Assembly: GCA_025201805.1 (NCBI GenBank)
Contig: MU619267.1
Coordinates: 1 to 64,000 of the forward strand
DNA: 64,000 bases
From: Parasitella parasitica NRRL 2501
Lineage: Eukaryota > Fungi > Mucoromycota
Reading direction: 5' to 3'
Shown in pieces: positions 26,107-37,377 of this stretch (the stretch's first letter is position 1; each line of letters opens with the position of its first letter). Position numbers and translations under genes: made by a program. Under the pieces are notes generated by a model. The model ran no database searches, was not told where the DNA came from, and was given only the letters and a program-made list of their open reading frames with translations.

Positions 26107-27463
26107 CTACTCAAATGTCACTGCCCCTTCGACTGTATTGATGATAATTTTGCTTCCGTTGGGCGAGATAATATAAATGGAATCAGCTTTGTTTTCTGGT
26201 GATAAATCGAGGATATGTCCAGGTGGTAAAAACATCAAAAAATTGCGAATTAGCCATGGTTTTCCTTTGAATAATAGAGTAACACGTTCTAGCACTTGAG
26301 GGGTATTGATTCTAATAAAGAAAGATATGATGAATGTTTAATCGCGTAAATATGGATTAGTCGCTATACTTACTTTTCCGAACGAAAATCTGTCATGATT
26401 TCCAAAAATTTGCTGTATGTTTGCGGAGGCTCGTCCGTTTTGATTTGTTCTAAATAGCCAACAGCATCTTTCATCTCCACTGGCTTTGCCTCTACATGTT
26501 TGACCTCTAATTCTTCTTTCAGACTCTCCAAGGTAATTTCACCACTCAATATGGACGACAACATGTGCTGTTTATCTTTACCGAATAGACTCTCGATCAC
26601 GCGAAACACCTATTGATTTTCTTTTGAATATTTTTAATCACACAAAAATCAAAGCCGCAACTTACTTCCTCCAAATTTTTATCATCCTTGATCTTCAATG
26701 CTAACCGGGGCTGGATCGTCTGGTCTTTGATGGTTTGTTGCTCTCCTCGCAAAACCGTTCGTACCCACATTAGTAAATGCTGAGGCTCACCAAGCTTGTC
26801 AACCAATTTTGCCCACCCTGTTAGGATCAATGCCCGTTGAAGGTCGTCATTTTGGGCGAATTTTGCCAAAAGAGCACGTCTCCAAGCATCGATCTTTCTG
26901 TTGTCATGCCAGTCTTTTCGCGCTTCCTCGGAAATTGGTGATTTTTGTCTCAGTAGTCTAATTTGTGAGGCAGGTTGCTGGCTTGTGGGATCCCCAGAGT
27001 CCAAGTAGAGCTTGCTATAAATGTGTGGCGATTGCACGAATTTAGAAGCAGTTGAATAATGAACAACAGAGGCCCAAGCATGATCATCGATGTGTAATAA
27101 TACGAGTTGTGCTGTAGATTTAGTCGGCGAGCCAGCTATGGAATCACCAAGGTTCGTATCGCGCATATAGTCGTCAGAAAGAATACGGCGCCAATAAGGA
27201 TACTGAGAGCAAAGGTAATCGTAACTATTATTCATAATATCTGACATTGGACACTGTTCACCCGTCAAAGTACCTGGTTGTTTGTCATCTGCTTCGATGT
27301 CTAGCATGAAAACGGTGTCTTCTCGAAAATCTTGGGATATTCCACCGTAAGGTTCAGCAATGGATTCGGGCACAGGTGAGCCCACTTCTTCTTGGTCATC
27401 AACTATAAATTCGCTTGTAAATTGACTTGTGGTAGAAGTTATCGCTGATGAATTATTGGTCAT
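26107..27463 (-). CDS. NADAR (YbiA-like) domain + C-terminal PAH (Sin3-type) domain protein, 3 exons, about 412 aa
   Basis: Exon 1: WASVVHYSTASKF ... DW ... RALLAKFAQNDDLQRALILTGWAKLVD ... LLMWVR. Exons 2-3: MKDAVGYLEQIK..PQTYSKFLEIMTDFRSEKINTPQVLERVTLLFKGKPWLIRNFLMFLPPG. Introns 26665-26610 and 26373-26312 are GT-AG and keep the frame. Confidence 0.8.
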
Positions 27464-28191
27464 ATTACTTTTTGTCTCTTTTCGTTTCTCTCCATGTCTA
27501 CCAGTTTTGTGCTTTTTTGTTGCAAGTCGGTCTCTTTTATACCCCTTTTTCTTTAAAAAAAAACAGAGAAAAAGAAAAAGGCTTTTCTACTTGGGCTTGA
27601 GTGGAGAAATAAACAAAAAAAAATTGAGAGTAAAGTTTTCCCGATAGCTATGCAAGTTGAATTAAATGCGTGTTTCGAAACAATTATCTTTTATGAAAAC
27701 TGAAAGAAAAGAAAGAAAAAGTTTATCGTGAATAATACGGAAACAGCTATTCTATCTCATTTGATTATGTTTTCTGTGCGTCTAATATAAAGAAACGTCA
27801 ATCAAACATTCGTTTGTACTACGAGAATTTGGCGTTGATCCACAAGATTAGCCAAGAATTTACATTAGATATGGTATCACTTTTGCAGTTTAATGGCAAG
27901 GTTGTATTAGCTTGCGTGTTAGGCTCAAAATGCTCACGATATATCATAGATAGATGCGTTATTGCGGCTACATTTGTCTTGATTTCACTTTTCTCAGAGA
28001 CTGTTTTTTATAGTTAGAACCACAGAGTTTCTTTGTATATCGATAAAAAAATAAGAGTTATAGTTACATTATATAGGAAGAATGTGCAATTATAATTACT
28101 ATCTGCGTAGACTAATTAAAAGTGGTTATTATAAAACACAAAAACAAAACAAAAAAAAACCACAACTTGCGAAGTCTAAAAATTATATGAT

Positions 28192-28198
28192 TATATAA
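28192..28198 (+). promoter_or_regulatory. TATA box of the U6 Pol III promoter
   Basis: TATATAA located about 25-30 nt upstream of the inferred U6 start. Confidence 0.55.
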
Positions 28199-28221
28199 GC
28201 ATTAAAAAATCACTGTCCATC

Positions 28222-28249
28222 GTCAAGTCTTCGGACCTCTGACACTTAT

Positions 28250-28281
<32 letters not shown>

Positions 28282-28341
28282 GGCCCCTGCACAAGGATGA
28301 CACTAAATCTCTGAGAAGGAAGCTCTACGGAGCACATTTTT
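28222..28341 (+). ncRNA. U6: U6 spliceosomal snRNA
   Basis: AAAATTGGAACGATACAGAGAAGATTAGCATGGCCCCTGCACAAGGATGACAC core (ACAGAGA box, AGC triad, ISL). 5' hairpin with cUUCGg. TATA about 28 nt upstream. T10 Pol III terminator. Confidence 0.95.
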
Positions 28342-29169
28342 TTTTTCATTTGCTTTTAAATCATTCTTCTCTTGTCAGGTTCACACTGACCTTGTGCATA
28401 ACCTTTTAGTCAATATAAATATCTATCAAAGTACAAAAGAATAAAGGGCATCTATTTATCTCTTATAATATCTTATACCTATATCTTATAATAATCCCAT
28501 CTCTGCTCACGACACTCTTGAAAACAGGTATATTTTTGTTGTGAATATTATTAACTTCAGTAAGATAAAGTATATACCAGTTAAAAGATGATCTTTATTA
28601 ATTTGACAAGTAATTTGCTATTTATATCAGAGATCTATGTTGAGCATTGAAAGGAATAATTGAGATTGACATGAGTGTCAAATGAATAACATTTTGATAC
28701 AAAAATTCGGCAGTCGACTACTTAAGTCCTCAAACTATTCAGTCTTGCCAATAATTATCTTGCTCTATTGAGAAATGCTCGCTAAATATCATGAGCGGAT
28801 GCCAAGTCGATAACGAAGAGTTTACCCAAAAATGGATCGTTTGTAACGCAACACTGCCAGTTTCATGAAGTACTATTGTCATTTTGCAACTTCTGAGAAA
28901 AAATTCAAGTAAATGATAAAGGTCATGGTGATTGCGATAATAAATAAATTATGGTTTCTGCTAACTCAAACCTTTATTTCTGATAAAAGCTAACAAGTTT
29001 TTGAAAGGGAAAGTGGGGAGTTCCATATTTAGAGAAAAAGAGAAATTGCTTTTTTTCATTTATTAGTGAAAATACAAAGAGAATGATTTGTGAAATAAGT
29101 TGTTTACACCATATTTTTAAGTTCAAGGCAGTCTTTAAAAAGCCTACGGCTGTCTATTGACAAACGTCT

Positions 29170-29345
29170 GTGATTTTGGGTGCAAGTGTGTTTGTTGACC
29201 TCGGATCAAAAACCTTTAATTGGATCCAGGAACAAAGAGCAAGATTGAAGATAAACACATTTATACCCTTGGGATTCCATAAGTTTCTATACAGATAATA
29301 TTTTATGAATGGGTGTGTTATCCTGGTAGCAGATTGTTTCCTTTT
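29170..29345 (-). mobile_element. Tc1/IS630-type DDE transposase remnant
   Basis: Frame not in the ORF track: DNTPIHK...MESQGYKCVYLQSCSLFLDPIKGF*SEV, a decayed DNAPIH...GYKCVYLPPYSPFLNPIEEFWSKVK. Confidence 0.7.
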
Positions 29346-30929
29346 TTCTGGCATTTTCTTATACCTTTGGTCGATCTGGCGTCTTCTAGTGTAGAAGGTC
29401 TTGTCGGACAAGTACCAAGCTGGGTTTTCTATATCTAGTTGCACAGTAGAACAGCTAATCAAACCTGTGCCATATTTTCTATAATATTGGAATGGTTCAA
29501 AAGTTTGTGTCTTTGTAAAGTGTATATTTTAGACACCTGTTTTTTTTCGGTCTACGTGAACGTTAGTGTGTTTTGTCAGAAAAAAGCCAAAAACTGTAAG
29601 AAATCAATGTTTAGAAATCTCAAACACAAAAAAAGTAACGTAAAGTAATGCATTAGACTGTAAGGCATCTTTTGATTACATATTTGCATAGCTTAGAGCA
29701 AGTTTTTGTACTTTTTAAGTTAACATCAGATGAAGGTAACGACTTTTCTGACTTTTTTCGGAAAAGTGTTTTTCAAAATCGGAGCGTGAGATCGTCAGGC
29801 CAATTACACACATGCAAGTGCTACCATTAGAAAGCCAAGAATCACACTATTTAAATAAATTAGTTTGCAATAGTTTTATCTTGAATTGGGTAAGCTATGG
29901 CTTCTCAAAGCTATAGCTTTACCCAAAAAAACACCATTTTTCTTAAATAGCGGAGATTAAATGCGTCCAAAATCAGGAAGGAAAAATTCTTTAAAAAACT
30001 CCATTTGGACAATTAGAAAACAAAATTACTCTTTTGAGGCAAAATATCATTCTTTGATACTATGCATACCACGGCTGTCAGTCTATGATAATAGCTGTAT
30101 ATTTGGGCACGCTACACGATGGTGTTATTCTCATAATTCCCGTATGCCTATGGAAGGAATCCTGCCGAAAAATTTCAAAAACAGATTAAGAGGGAAAAGT
30201 TAATATTTTGCTTAATCAGAGCGCATTTTTAGTCTTTCAGATCATGGAATGGTCTTTTACGATCATTTTCCTCTAATATTTGCTATAGTAAAAAGTTGCA
30301 TTTTTGGTGTCAAAATCGAGGATAATGCATAATCGATGATTATTGATGTGTGGATACAAGGAAAAAATCGAAAAAATCGTCGTTTTGCATCGAAAAAAAA
30401 ATCATGCTCAAATTGCACCAAAATCATATGTAATAAAGTTTTTTCCCAATTGATATTATTTCTGGCGTTTTCAGGGCACTTTTGCTTATGAAAATCAGTC
30501 AAAAAATGACGCTCTAAGCTAAAAAATTTGCTTTTAAGCTGTAAAAAATATCTATCTGGAGATGATATCACGTCAATATCAATTCTAGTACATGATACAG
30601 CTCTATAAAGTAAGTATACCTTTCTTCATAGTAATATGAGAAACAGGCATGGCTCATCGATTTGGAAGCGGAAGAGGATAATTAATGAATACAATGTTTT
30701 GCTGAAAGAACCCCTTGTTATTTGTAAATAATTTATAAGTTGCTAATTGCTTATAACAGAGAAGCCCTATTTCCATTGCTGCTTATAATAATGCTTAGTG
30801 TCAGTGCAAGAGCTCCTTTTTTGTAATTATAGTGCTAAGCATGTAAAATAGAAAGTAAATAGAGGCTAGGATTGAGATTAAGGGTAATTTTACTAACAAA
30901 AGTTAAGCTTCATAATACGTTCCTGGTAG

Positions 30930-31870
30930 GTTCCAGGTTCCAGGCACTGTACTATTACGAATATGCTCAGCAAGATTGCCGTTTTTGCTGATATTGCAAG
31001 TTGAGGTTTGAAATATTTCAAGAGGGATATCAAAGCGGGAGTGAGATGTTCGACCACCAGGCAAAAGCAAAGCAGCGATACCAGAAGAGGCGACACGTGA
31101 AACAATTTTTCCCTGGCTCTTATAATAATTCCAGAGAATGTTGTATACAAAAATTTTACCAGTTCCAGCAGGTTCTTGAAAAAAGAAGTACTGTTGACAA
31201 AAGATGTGATACGATCAAATACTTGCTTTTGCGTTGGATTCATTTGCGCATATTTCTGTTGATACAAATTATATCCTTGCTCATGTTAACACGACATTTT
31301 ACCAAGTATTGATGGATTACGCTGGATTCCAGCCATTTGGTCTTTGAGGCCATTCCAGTCAAATAGGGGCGAAGGTGAATGATATTGATTTAAAGACTTG
31401 TTTTGAGGTTTTAAAGAGCTATCCAAGAGATGCAATCCATATCCAAAAAACAATTGTTTCTTATAGAATGGAGTATCGAAATTTGTGTCAAGTAAATTGG
31501 TTCCAAATGTCAAATGGCAAAACTAAAGAATTAAACAATAGAGCAGAAACAAACAAAGAACGCAACAGAGAGCCTGAGGCGAAATTAATAGCTTTATGAA
31601 AGCACCTTCTCATTCTTAATCATCTTCAATCAAATGAACCGACATACATGCTTCTTTTTACGAATCACGCAAAACGCCATTGGCAGTGCGTAAATTAGTA
31701 AATGAAGTTGGGTTTTTGGAGAGAGTCTCTTTGACTTGACTTTGTTTCCATTTTGGATCTGATCATTTTCGAGATGAACTGCAAATTGTAACAGAAGGGC
31801 TCACTTCATGCATAGGGAACTCGAGAATCCTCCAAGCTGCTTCAATCGTTCCACCGTTAGATTGATGATC
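30930..31870 (-). mobile_element. Helitron Rep/PIF1 helicase remnant
   Basis: EAAWRILEFPMH (about 31843-31807), LRTANGV..KEAC..LIEDD, MNPTQKQVFDRI, PAGTGK (about 31172-31155), VASSGIAALLLPGGRTSHSRFDIP, spread across frameshifts and deletions. Confidence 0.85.
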
Positions 31871-32599
31871 ATTGACCGTGGTGGTCTGTCGTCTAACTTT
31901 GGTTATATTCAGCATTTTTTTCGACACATTTTCTCATCTTACGGAGCTCGTCGTTGATGGAGATTTCACGTTCGAAATTTTTACACGATATACGATCTTA
32001 AATAATCAAAATTTAGCTCTCAAATTTCAACGAAAGAACACACCCAAACGAAGCAGCCAATCTTCTCAGTCTTCTTGATTTGATTGGACTAATCTTTACT
32101 CCCTTCCTCCTCTCCTTGTATTCCCTTTGTATTTGATACCTTTACTATATCTTGCTTTTACGTCTTTTTAGTTGATGACAGTATCAAATGAAATAAAAAT
32201 GGGGCCCTAATATAATTGTATGAAACTTAAAGACTTAAAGTTCGTTAAAAAAAAAACTTAGTGAGTTAATTGAGGGTTTGTAAGATTACGAGAGTGCGTT
32301 TAAGACTTGTTGGATTGTGCACAATAAAACCTTATGAATTAAATAAACCGGGACAACATAAATATTAGCTGAACGAATCACTGGCATAATGTCAATAAAG
32401 TAAAAGAATATGGCGTGTATATATTATGCCCATTAAAATGAGCACAACAGACAAAAGAGCAACCTGATATGGACTGCAACGGTCAGTGGGAGGCGTTTGA
32501 CCCTCGATTCTTTGATCTTGGCCAATGCATTTGATTTTTGGAAGAGCTTGACCAATGAGAATGAAACTCAATTACTTCACCTTGGCAATCAATTCTTTG

Positions 32600-33250
32600 A
32601 CCTTGGCATTCAAGATGTTGCCTCCGCTCCGCTTCCAATGTGGTATAGTTTTCCGATAAAATAGAGTTTTTTATCTTGGTACTGGTATGATTCTTCATAG
32701 TTGTCTTGTAGTAATAACGGTCGAAAGTGTTTGTCTTCAAACTCCAATTGCGTGTATTTTGACATTGAAAATGTCAAATCCCTTTTCAACTGCTTTTGTT
32801 CTGGCAACAGACCTGATTGAATGCGCCTTGAAGACCTCTGTGTCAACACCTGCTTTTTCAATGATTCTTTTGATCCATCCAGATATGGCTGCTGGCCTGG
32901 TTGATCTTGTCTTCTCGGTATTGTTTATGTACGACAGGAACAGGGTATGGCCATTTGGTAGCCCTGCTTTGATGCTTCTTGTTTTCCTCATAAATAATTG
33001 CATTGTCCTAACTGGACAAATCGATTCATCATGCATCTTTCCTAGTATTGACATCTTGACCTGTGCTTCTTTTGGCTCTCTGAAAAACAACCGGACAGCC
33101 TCGAATTTTCCCTCTTCCATTATAAATCCATTGTCTTGGTGTTTCAAACAACTCACATTTGAAGTTGGTCTAGCTATCGTAGTCAAGTACAATGTAATGA
33201 TCGTTTTGTTTTGTGATTCTTTTAGTGAAAGCTCTTCCTTCTTCCTCCAA
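32600..33250 (-). mobile_element. DIRS-type retrotransposon tyrosine recombinase remnant
   Basis: IARPTSNV, REPKEAQVK, CPVRT, ISGWIK..AGVD..FKAHSIRS, then a frameshift to KTNTFDRYYYK, giving the R-K-HxxR-H/W-Y set. Confidence 0.85.
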
Positions 33251-33369
33251 TTCTTCTTATTATGGCTCATCAGTAGATCTGTATCCGATATTTTCAACCG
33301 GCTTTTCTTTGATATAACCACTTTCTTTCGTCTTTTTTCTTTAAAAGACTCCTGAATAAGAGTTTGTCC

Positions 33370-33532
33370 TGCTATAATTACTAAAACAACAAAGAAACCT
33401 CGAAAGCAGCTTTGCATGAACTTTTTTGATAAAGGAATGGCCGCTAAAAACATCTGCCAAAAGTATAAATTAGCTAATAGTACTGTACGTGAAATTTTCG
33501 AAAGATTTAAGAAAGAGGATCGTATTCATTAA
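33370..33532 (+). mobile_element. Transposase N-terminal HTH fragment (Tc1/IS630-like)
   Basis: RKQLCMNFFDKGMAAKNICQKYKLANSTVREIFERFKKEDRI*. Confidence 0.5.
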
Positions 33533-34533
33533 CGACGACGAAAGATATTATGGATGATGATGAACCTTTAAAGGGCAGTTACTTAGTGATGTACAATATT
33601 TGTGCAAACATTGAAACAAAACTAAAAATTTAAATGACCTTGATTTTGATCTCTTTGATCTGCGAAGAGAGAAACTAATGGTTTGTTTTTTAAAAAATGT
33701 CAATTTTTGAAATGGCATTAAATGGCTCTTTCAACACGGCTTCGTAGTATATGGAATAGTTCTGATTTCTACCTTCTAATATCCATTTAGAGGAGAAATA
33801 TTCTTCCATCTAGTGTTTCAGTTTTTATTTACCCTCCCAAGAAAGGATGTAGATCTTGCGAGGGAATTTGATAAGCCGAGGCAGATGAACTAAAATGTGG
33901 TAATTCGAATATTGGAACAGCTCAAAGACGACTATACATACACATACTAAAATACAGCGTTCCTCAGCGTAAATGAGTGGGAAGCTTTTAAGAGACCACA
34001 AAGATCGAGAACAATGACAGTAAATAACACGGCTAATTTTGATCGTGTGCATCCATCATGGAAATAGTCGTAATGCTTAGCTTCTGCCTTTAAATGTACA
34101 TGCTTATTATTAATCAGAAACTGATAAATGCTGGTCAGATCAATCATTGAGACTGGTAGAATTTAAATGAGGCGATCATTTTGCCATACAACATAATACA
34201 GAGTCGTTGCTGTGAGCATTCATTAACCATATGCTCGTGTTGTCTTTACAAACGAAAGCTGCTCCAGCAATCAAGGACATTATACAAGGAAATCGATTAG
34301 CAGTTTAAGGCTCAGTTTAATCTGATCATGTACAACCTAGACCAGATGAACAAGACCAGATACAACAAATGAGCCACAATAAAGCGCAAGAGGTGCTTGT
34401 TGGATCAATGTTTAATCTCGACAAATCTGTTTGAGGAAAGCTGTATTAACAGATTAAAAAAAATAGCACAATTAGTATCTCCTCTGTTTGAACGACATCA
34501 AGCGAAGGCTTTGAACTATTAAGCGCTTTAATT

Positions 34534-34660
34534 TCACTTTAGATGTTCTTGTATATATGATCTATTTCGGTTAAATATAAAATAGAATTATTTGGCCAAG
34601 ATTTATACATATAAAACAAATGAGGGAGCGTGATACAGAAAAAAAAAAAGGATCAAATAT
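34534..34660 (+). repeat. Dispersed repeat A, copy 1 (about 130 bp)
   Basis: tcactttagatgttcttgtat...tcggttaaatataaaatagaattatttggccaagatt...gatacagaaaa...atcaaata closely matches 41909-42038. Confidence 0.85.
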
Positions 34661-35961
34661 ATATAGCCTCAGTGTGATTTTACCCGGCGTGTAAGACCGA
34701 TCTTTTTAATGAATGCATAAATTTATTCCAGCCAAGAACTGCTGGACCCAAACATCAGATCGAGACAATAGTACGTGTTAAAACAAGGAATGCAAGGTCC
34801 CCGTTTTCCGACAAAATGACCGTGATCTCTGCCCCTTGCTGTATTATACACACACATACATCTACGCAATAGATCAAAAATGATTTCTGGGAATCGAAAA
34901 AAACTGACTCGTGTATTTCCTTTTTATATAATTGCGTGGCACCATCTTTATATAATGCAAACGTAATTGCATTCAATCGTGGCTAAAATGCTGCCGACCA
35001 CCCAAAAGCATTCGGAATGTCGGGGTGCTTATTAACCTTGGCCAATAACCACTGTTTTTGTCATAAAAAAAGAACAAGAAAGAAGGAAAAAACCATGAGC
35101 AAATCCTAAGCTTCTTTACAAATGAACCAGATAATGGTATAATAGGGATATGCCGTGCCATTTGATTCTGAGACGAAAATTGACTGGAATCTTTAACAGC
35201 ACATCTTAATTAATAATACGCTAGTCATTCCTTACTAATTGGTCTTTTTCGATCTGCACATTTATATACTTTTTGTACCATAAAATTAGTAACGGAACGA
35301 GGCTTAAAATAGCAAAGCACAAAAGTTGTATCTATTATGGCTCGCTATTATCAACGGCTACAGCTGCAACAACAGGGTTGATTTACAAGATTATTATATC
35401 TGGATCATACATTTTCATGTTGAGAAAATTCGCTCATCGTTGAGTCGCCGCCATGTTGTTAAACAATCTTTTTCCGAATAAAACAAATGGAACATCCGCC
35501 ACGATGATTGATTCCACAAACATGTATGTTTCTGGTTTAGATCAATACAGCACGGAAGGGAGGAATAGTTCAAATCAGCCAAAACCACACATCATAAGCA
35601 AATTTTGCCAGAGTATTAGTTGATTTCAGTGAAAGGTATTTAGCCGTATAGTCTCGGTACCGGCTACATCTTACACCGGGCTCTGAATTTCCGGAAAAAG
35701 AGAGAAAGCGTAATAGAAGCGTTTTACAATATAACGCATATTTCTTGATCTGGCTTTATTTGCTGTATAAAAAGGTCATTTTTCCTTTTTCTTCAATTTC
35801 TCTTTCTCTTTCTCTTCTTGACTTCATCCTCTTTCTATTTTATTTTTGTTTTCGTAAGTTGGATGCAATGTGAATCATTTTAATATGCTTGAAAATTAAT
35901 CTCTCTCGTTTTGTAATCAGCAGTCCATCCTCCTCTTCGCAGCTGTATTGTATAACAGAAC

Positions 35962-37377
35962 ATGAATATCTCAGAATTGAATGCACCTGCAACCCCGCCT
36001 TATGACTACCACAATCTTACTACAAGCAGCAGCAGCAGCAATAATGGTAACAATAACAGTGGCAGCAACAGCAAGAATTTCCAAGATCTGTTTTTTAATC
36101 AGTCTTCTGATAACAGCAGAAGCGAAACAAGTAGTGAATATAGCAACCGCAGCGTAGCCAGTGATGATGGCAACAGTCGTAATGAAACAAATCATAGTGC
36201 TTTTCGCCGTGTGTCACCCATGTCGATGCCATCACCGCCAGAATTGCTGATTGATTCATCTGAAGATGAGGATGAATTCATCTTGCCGCCTACATACGTC
36301 AATGTTGCAGCGTCTTCTACAGCATCATCTTTGTCATCAGCCTCATCATATACTATGCATCACAAGAGAAAATCAGTGCCTCATCGATCACCATCGAATA
36401 TCGTGGATCACAAAAGTGTCGTATTTCAAATCAACGATAATAGTACACCTAAAATTCTCGGTGGCGGTGATCGTGGTGTTCTTTGGTCTCTTCGTCAGCG
36501 CGTATCCATGGCAAGACACTCGCAGAGATCTAGTAGCAAGAATAGACTTTCGGCGCCTCATCTTCAAAGACGCGTGAGACCTATGCGAATCCAGATACCC
36601 AGACCTCAGTGGTCCAGAGACAATACCTATTATGATGATCTTGTCTCACCTGTAAACAGTGATTGGCAATCAAAGAAATCTATCCAACCTATCGTCATTG
36701 TACCTGCTACTATTGGCACTGGTGCTACATCATGGCAATCGAACACCAAGAAATCACACACTTCTCCTCCTCCTCCTCCTCCTACTACTACTACTACTAC
36801 TACTCCCGCTACTTCCGTTGCTGCTGCTACTGCTGAGCGCAAGAAATCCACAAACTCTTCAGCCTCTGCATCTTCAGCCAGCGCAGCAACAGCTCGTCGT
36901 AAAAGTTCCCATCACACCACGTCTGGTCGTCCATCTCGTGTAAAAGGCCCTTGTCAAGCATGCAACGAAACATCCGATGGATGTATGCGTAAAGCGTTCA
37001 ACTGGCCGTTTCCAACAAACACCATCTTTAACGATAAAGGAAAACCCTTTGTTTATCTCTGCAACAAGTGTGGTCTTCGCTATAACAAAAGTGGCGGCTG
37101 TGTATGTCGCCATTGTCGCTGGGTCCTCTGTAAAGAGGAAAAACGTAAGGCTATGCAATTAATAGATCAGATGCGCCGCTCTCGTCCTGATGGTAAAATT
37201 GACCCTGAAGAAAATATCGAAAACTTTGCATGTACGCCAAAGTATTGGAATTGCAGCCGTCCTTGGAAGGTTGGGTGGGTCTTGCACAGTCAACATGATG
37301 GCGATGAAGACGACGAAGATACAAGTATGGCAGACCAACAACAACAATCCCCTTCTATGAGTGAAGCTACTCTTTAA
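35962..37377 (+). CDS. Ser-rich Ash1-like GATA zinc-finger transcription factor
   Basis: CQAC-x32-CNKCGLRYNK followed by CVCRHCRW..KEE. Probable 5'UTR intron (GTAAGT at about 35854 to CAG at about 35920). Confidence 0.7.
   Translation: MNISELNAPATPPYDYHNLTTSSSSSNNGNNNSGSNSKNFQDLFFNQSSDNSRSETSSEYSNRSVASDDGNSRNETNHSAFRRVSPMSMPSPPELLIDSSEDEDEFILPPTYVNVAASSTASSLSSASSYTMHHKRKSVPHRSPSNIVDHKSVVFQINDNSTPKILGGGDRGVLWSLRQRVSMARHSQRSSSKNRLSAPHLQRRVRPMRIQIPRPQWSRDNTYYDDLVSPVNSDWQSKKSIQPIVIVPATIGTGATSWQSNTKKSHTSPPPPPPTTTTTTTPATSVAAATAERKKSTNSSASASSASAATARRKSSHHTTSGRPSRVKGPCQACNETSDGCMRKAFNWPFPTNTIFNDKGKPFVYLCNKCGLRYNKSGGCVCRHCRWVLCKEEKRKAMQLIDQMRRSRPDGKIDPEENIENFACTPKYWNCSRPWKVGWVLHSQHDGDEDDEDTSMADQQQQSPSMSEATL
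36764..36805 (+). repeat. Compound (CCT)n(ACT)n coding microsatellite (polyP/polyT)
   Basis: Direct reading. Confidence 0.85.

Noticed and set aside
32687-33355. 222-aa plus-strand ORF
   Set aside because: Antisense shadow of the tyrosine recombinase remnant, with no recognisable motifs
32737-33453. 238-aa ORF as a functional recombinase gene
   Set aside because: N-terminus is the antisense of an HTH fragment and the catalytic Tyr lies in another frame
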